Assembly (NCBI GenBank): GCA_041946805.1
Contig: JBHGBC010000112.1
Span: 1-19,375 of the forward strand
Origin: a bacterium
GTDB lineage: Bacteria; Hinthialibacterota; Hinthialibacteria; Hinthialibacterales; Hinthialibacteraceae
Reading direction: 5' to 3'
DNA length: 19,375 bases
Part shown: positions 16,476 through 19,375 of the stretch, one piece after another
Position numbering within the stretch: the first letter of the stretch is position 1
How the letters are laid out: every line of letters starts with the position of its first letter
The notes under the pieces: model-generated
What the model saw: only the letters and a program-made list of their open reading frames with translations
Told to the model about the DNA's origin: nothing
The model's database searches: none
Made by a program: the position numbers and the translations under genes

Positions 16476-18425
16476 ATGAAGAATAATCGTGTCATCGTCT
16501 TGGTCTTTCTTCTCGGCCTGGTGTGTGGAACCGTCTTCAACTGGTTGTTCCGCCCCGGGCCGGATATCTCCCCGGCCGTTACGCCATCCACCGCGGAACA
16601 ATCCACTTCCTCCCCTGAGGAGGAGGGGACCGAACCGCCTATCAGTCCCATTCTGAGCGAGCGCTTTTTGCCCAACACCGCCCCGTATTGGTTGCTGGCC
16701 GACCTCAAGGGTTGGCGGCAACACTCCAAGGGACTCACGGATTTGTTCCAGCAGGAAACCGTGTCCAAGGTGTGGAACCAGTTCGCCGCCTCTCTGCCCC
16801 GGGGGGCGACGCCGGCCCTGGAAGAGCTCCTGGGCCACGCGGATGAAATGCGGCTCTTTATTCTGCCTCCCGAGGGCGGATCCGCCCCTCCGGTGGCCGT
16901 GGCGGCCTTTTCGATTCCGAACATCACCGCCCCGGACGCGCCGGACTCTCCGCCGCCGGGCATTCATTCCCTCACGGCTTCCTATCCCGAAGCCGCGACG
17001 CGCGAGATCGTGGCCGGTTCCAAGGCCATCCAGGTGATCGAATCGCCGCTGGGCCGCTGGGGCTGGCGGGTGGATGCCGGGCTGTTGTGGATCAGTTCCC
17101 AGCCCGATTCGCTGGCCCAGTTGTGGAGCACTCCCCCGCCTCCGGCAAGCGTGGAATCCATCGGGCCACAAGCCGCCGTGCGGGAGAAATATCCGGACAC
17201 CATGGCGGCCTTGTTCGTAAACGCCCGCCATCCCGGAATCCCCATTCCCGGCGGACTGGGCGCGCTCACGCAGGCCATGCGGGACGCCGGGATCGGCCAG
17301 GCTTCCTGCTTGTTGCGCTTCCCCGAAAACCGGGGCATCATGACTGTCCTGGCGCATGCCGAATCGGCCACGCCCTGGGTGGAACACTGGACTCCCCTGC
17401 AAGAATTCCCCTTCAAGGACGCCGACCCGGCGGGCTTGATCGAATTGGCCTTGCGCTGGCCGGGCATGGATGTTCCGCTCGCGGCCACCGCGGCGGTGGA
17501 GCCGCCCTCCCCCGCCCTGGAAACTTCCCGCTCGGCCACCGGGGTTGTCGAATCACCTTCGCCGGTCTTAGGAACTCCTCTCGCAGCCTTTCCCACCGGG
17601 GATGGCACGCCGGTGCTGACCACGGATTACCGGGAGGAAAACTTGGAATCACTCCTCGATCCGGAGTGGGAAATGCCCCTCCCCGGGCGCAAAGGAGAAC
17701 GGCCGTTCCGGTTCCGGCCCGGTGAAGTAGACTCCCGCCCGATGGGGGCGATGGTCGCGCGGGCGCAGCTGCGTTTTCTGACCCGCCTCTTCCCGCCGGG
17801 CAAGGAAATCGGAGTGAACTTCTTTGGATTTTACGCCGACTCGCCGGCCCTCGCGGTCGCCATCCCCACGTTGGACATCAATCCCACGCCGCAACAGCGT
17901 CTCGAGGCATTGCCCTTCCTGGAGAAGGAAGCCATCGAGGTCGCCCTGATCCCCGGCGCCCTCTACCGCTTCCGCGATACGCCCTACACGCAGTTTCTCG
18001 GCCTGCAGGAACTGCTGGTGCTCGAACGCGACGCGGTGGCCTATCTCTTCGACGCGCGGGAAGCGGCGCGGAACTACCTGGAGGAGAAGGAACACAAGGA
18101 CGCCCCCCGGGACACGCGCTCCAAACGGACCCGTTCCCTGTTGGAGCATGTCCGCACTCCCGCACAAATCCAGCTGGTGATCAACGAGGATTTCTACAAG
18201 TATGTCCTGAACCAGGAAAAAAAGCGGATTCCCGGGGATTTTCCCTACAAAGACGACTTGTTCTCCCTCCTGGATGAACTCCTCGATCATACCAAGCCGA
18301 TGGCCGCCAGCGGGGGCTGGGCGGATTCCACCTGGTTCCTGGAGACGTACACGGAATCCGAGACCGCCCTTTTGTTGAACACCAGCTTGATGATTCTTGC
18401 GCTGTCCCGGTTTTTGGGATACTGA
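16476..18425 (+). CDS. Hypothetical exported or membrane-anchored protein, 649 aa
   Basis: Long ORF, co-oriented with the operon. Likely start MKNNR followed by hydrophobic VIVLVFLLGLVCGTVFNWLF (upstream ATGs at 16407 and 16452 possible). Pro-rich linkers; hydrophobic C-terminus. Confidence 0.75.
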   Translation: MKNNRVIVLVFLLGLVCGTVFNWLFRPGPDISPAVTPSTAEQSTSSPEEEGTEPPISPILSERFLPNTAPYWLLADLKGWRQHSKGLTDLFQQETVSKVWNQFAASLPRGATPALEELLGHADEMRLFILPPEGGSAPPVAVAAFSIPNITAPDAPDSPPPGIHSLTASYPEAATREIVAGSKAIQVIESPLGRWGWRVDAGLLWISSQPDSLAQLWSTPPPPASVESIGPQAAVREKYPDTMAALFVNARHPGIPIPGGLGALTQAMRDAGIGQASCLLRFPENRGIMTVLAHAESATPWVEHWTPLQEFPFKDADPAGLIELALRWPGMDVPLAATAAVEPPSPALETSRSATGVVESPSPVLGTPLAAFPTGDGTPVLTTDYREENLESLLDPEWEMPLPGRKGERPFRFRPGEVDSRPMGAMVARAQLRFLTRLFPPGKEIGVNFFGFYADSPALAVAIPTLDINPTPQQRLEALPFLEKEAIEVALIPGALYRFRDTPYTQFLGLQELLVLERDAVAYLFDAREAARNYLEEKEHKDAPRDTRSKRTRSLLEHVRTPAQIQLVINEDFYKYVLNQEKKRIPGDFPYKDDLFSLLDELLDHTKPMAASGGWADSTWFLETYTESETALLLNTSLMILALSRFLGY

Positions 18426-18475
18426 TATGCCCTGGATGATCCATTCCATCTAGGGAAAGGCGGTGCGGGACCGGT

Positions 18476-18997
18476 ATGAACGGCTCGGAAACTTATCAAT
18501 TCTCTTGCCGGTGCGATTCACGGCCTTTCGCAGTGACGGTCCCGGCGCCCGCGCGGACTCTCCACCTCATCCTGGGCGTGCTGACTCTGGGCGTATGGCT
18601 GGTGGCGCACGCGCTATACCGGATCGGCCGGCTTTACTGGATTTCGCGCTGCCCCTCGTGCGGCAAACGTTCGCGCAAGCTATTCTGGACCATCGTTCTC
18701 ACCCTGCTTTCCACGGCGGAATTCGCCCGCCTGCTGGCGTATTTCCTGATCATCGCCCCGGAACGGATCATCGCCGACGCCAGTCTGACGCAAGTGCCGG
18801 ATTCGCTCGACCTGGACAGCCCCCTCCATTCTGGAAACGTCGGCCAGGCGGTGGGATTTCTGTGGGTGGTGGCCATTCTCCCCACGGCGGGAACGCTGAT
18901 CGCCACGTATTGGCCGTACCTCATTCTGGGATGGCTCAGCGCCTTGACGCTGTTCGGCTATATGCTGCCCTCGTATTATTTGAAGAAGGAAAGATAA
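18476..18997 (+). CDS. Small polytopic membrane protein with LITAF-like split zinc ribbon, 173 aa
   Basis: CRC, then LHLILGVLTLGVWL, then RCPSCG, followed by about three more hydrophobic segments. Confidence 0.7.
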   Translation: MNGSETYQFSCRCDSRPFAVTVPAPARTLHLILGVLTLGVWLVAHALYRIGRLYWISRCPSCGKRSRKLFWTIVLTLLSTAEFARLLAYFLIIAPERIIADASLTQVPDSLDLDSPLHSGNVGQAVGFLWVVAILPTAGTLIATYWPYLILGWLSALTLFGYMLPSYYLKKER

Positions 18998-18998
18998 C

Positions 18999-19028
18999 CG
19001 GAGAAATGCTCCGCGGAGAAGAACTCCG
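18999..19028. repeat. Tandem pair of 15-nt palindromes CGGAG-N5-CTCCG
   Basis: CGGAGaaatgCTCCG CGGAGaagaaCTCCG starts 2 nt after the stop codon at 18997. Confidence 0.6.
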
Positions 19029-19161
19029 GCCGGTTCATGCCTTCCGGTTCACGAGGTTCGCCGCGGGCGCAACCACCGTGCACGTCGCCTCCGCCAACGG
19101 ATTCGGCCGAGAGGGAACGAATCCGCTCCGCCCCGGCTCGTGATCCTGCCAGATCTCAATG

Positions 19162-19183
19162 GTGGCCGGACATTCCTGCCGGC
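19162..19183 (+). repeat. REP-like element (GTGG foot + imperfect palindrome)
   Basis: GTGGCCGGACATTCCTGCCGGC: GTGG overlapping a GCCGG/CCGGC stem around ACATTCCTG. Confidence 0.4.
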
Positions 19184-19186
19184 TCA

Positions 19187-19375
19187 TCCGGGGAGTGCGT
19201 ACTTTTTTCCGATCTCCGGTACGCGTCTCTAAGAAATCGATGCCCCCCCAAAATTCCCTCTCCCTCGGGGAGAGGGTCAAGGTGAGGGAATTGTTTTACG
19301 GGTGGACCTGGCTGTCCTCCCTCATCCGGGAATGAAGGGAATCAATTTTACCTCTTTATGTACGCACTTCCCGGA
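19187..19375. repeat. Segment bounded by 16-bp inverted repeats (MITE/REPIN-like), possibly truncated by the window edge
   Basis: TCCGGGGAGTGCGTAC (19187-19202) versus the reverse complement of 19360-19375 (TCCGGGAAGTGCGTAC): 15/16 identical. Confidence 0.5.
19256..19288 (+). repeat. BoxC-like intergenic palindromic repeat
   Basis: CCCTCTCCC-TCG-GGGAGAGGG perfect 9-bp stem followed by TCAAGGTGAGGG. Confidence 0.65.

Noticed and set aside
16476..16530. Possible lipoprotein signal (LLGLVC) that would make the protein a pilotin candidate
   Set aside because: Val at -1 and Gly at -3 do not fit the lipobox [LVI][ASTVI][GAS]C.
18463..19285. Alternative ORFs 18463-19143, 19035-19280 and 19037-19285
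   Set aside because: Low-complexity R/P/G/A translations overlapping the better 18476-18997 gene or the repeat tract.
1..19375. CRISPR arrays, tRNA/rRNA genes, transposases or integrases
   Set aside because: No regularly spaced repeats, cloverleaf or rRNA signatures, or recombinase motifs were seen.

Overview
GC-rich bacterial chromosomal DNA with two divergent gene blocks. The minus strand (241-3700) carries an FmdB-family zinc-ribbon gene, a membrane-anchored TPR protein, an in-frame fusion of 5-formyltetrahydrofolate cyclo-ligase with TsaE, then tsaB and rimI. The plus strand (4234-16374) carries a type II secretion/type IV filament operon in the order E-F-H-I-J-K-L-M-C-D, followed by a ~650 aa membrane-anchored hypothetical protein and a small LITAF-like zinc-ribbon membrane protein. 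The window ends in a repeat- and hairpin-rich non-coding tract. The secretion system is atypical in several ways: no major pseudopilin (gspG) or prepilin peptidase in the operon; a secretin with six N-domain repeats instead of three, with aromatic Q/N-rich loops; a GspK with three ComEA-like NINTA/HhH units and a ~117 aa G/S/R/N-rich insert; and an ATPase with a degenerate MshEN motif. All calls come from reading motifs by eye; no database search was run.
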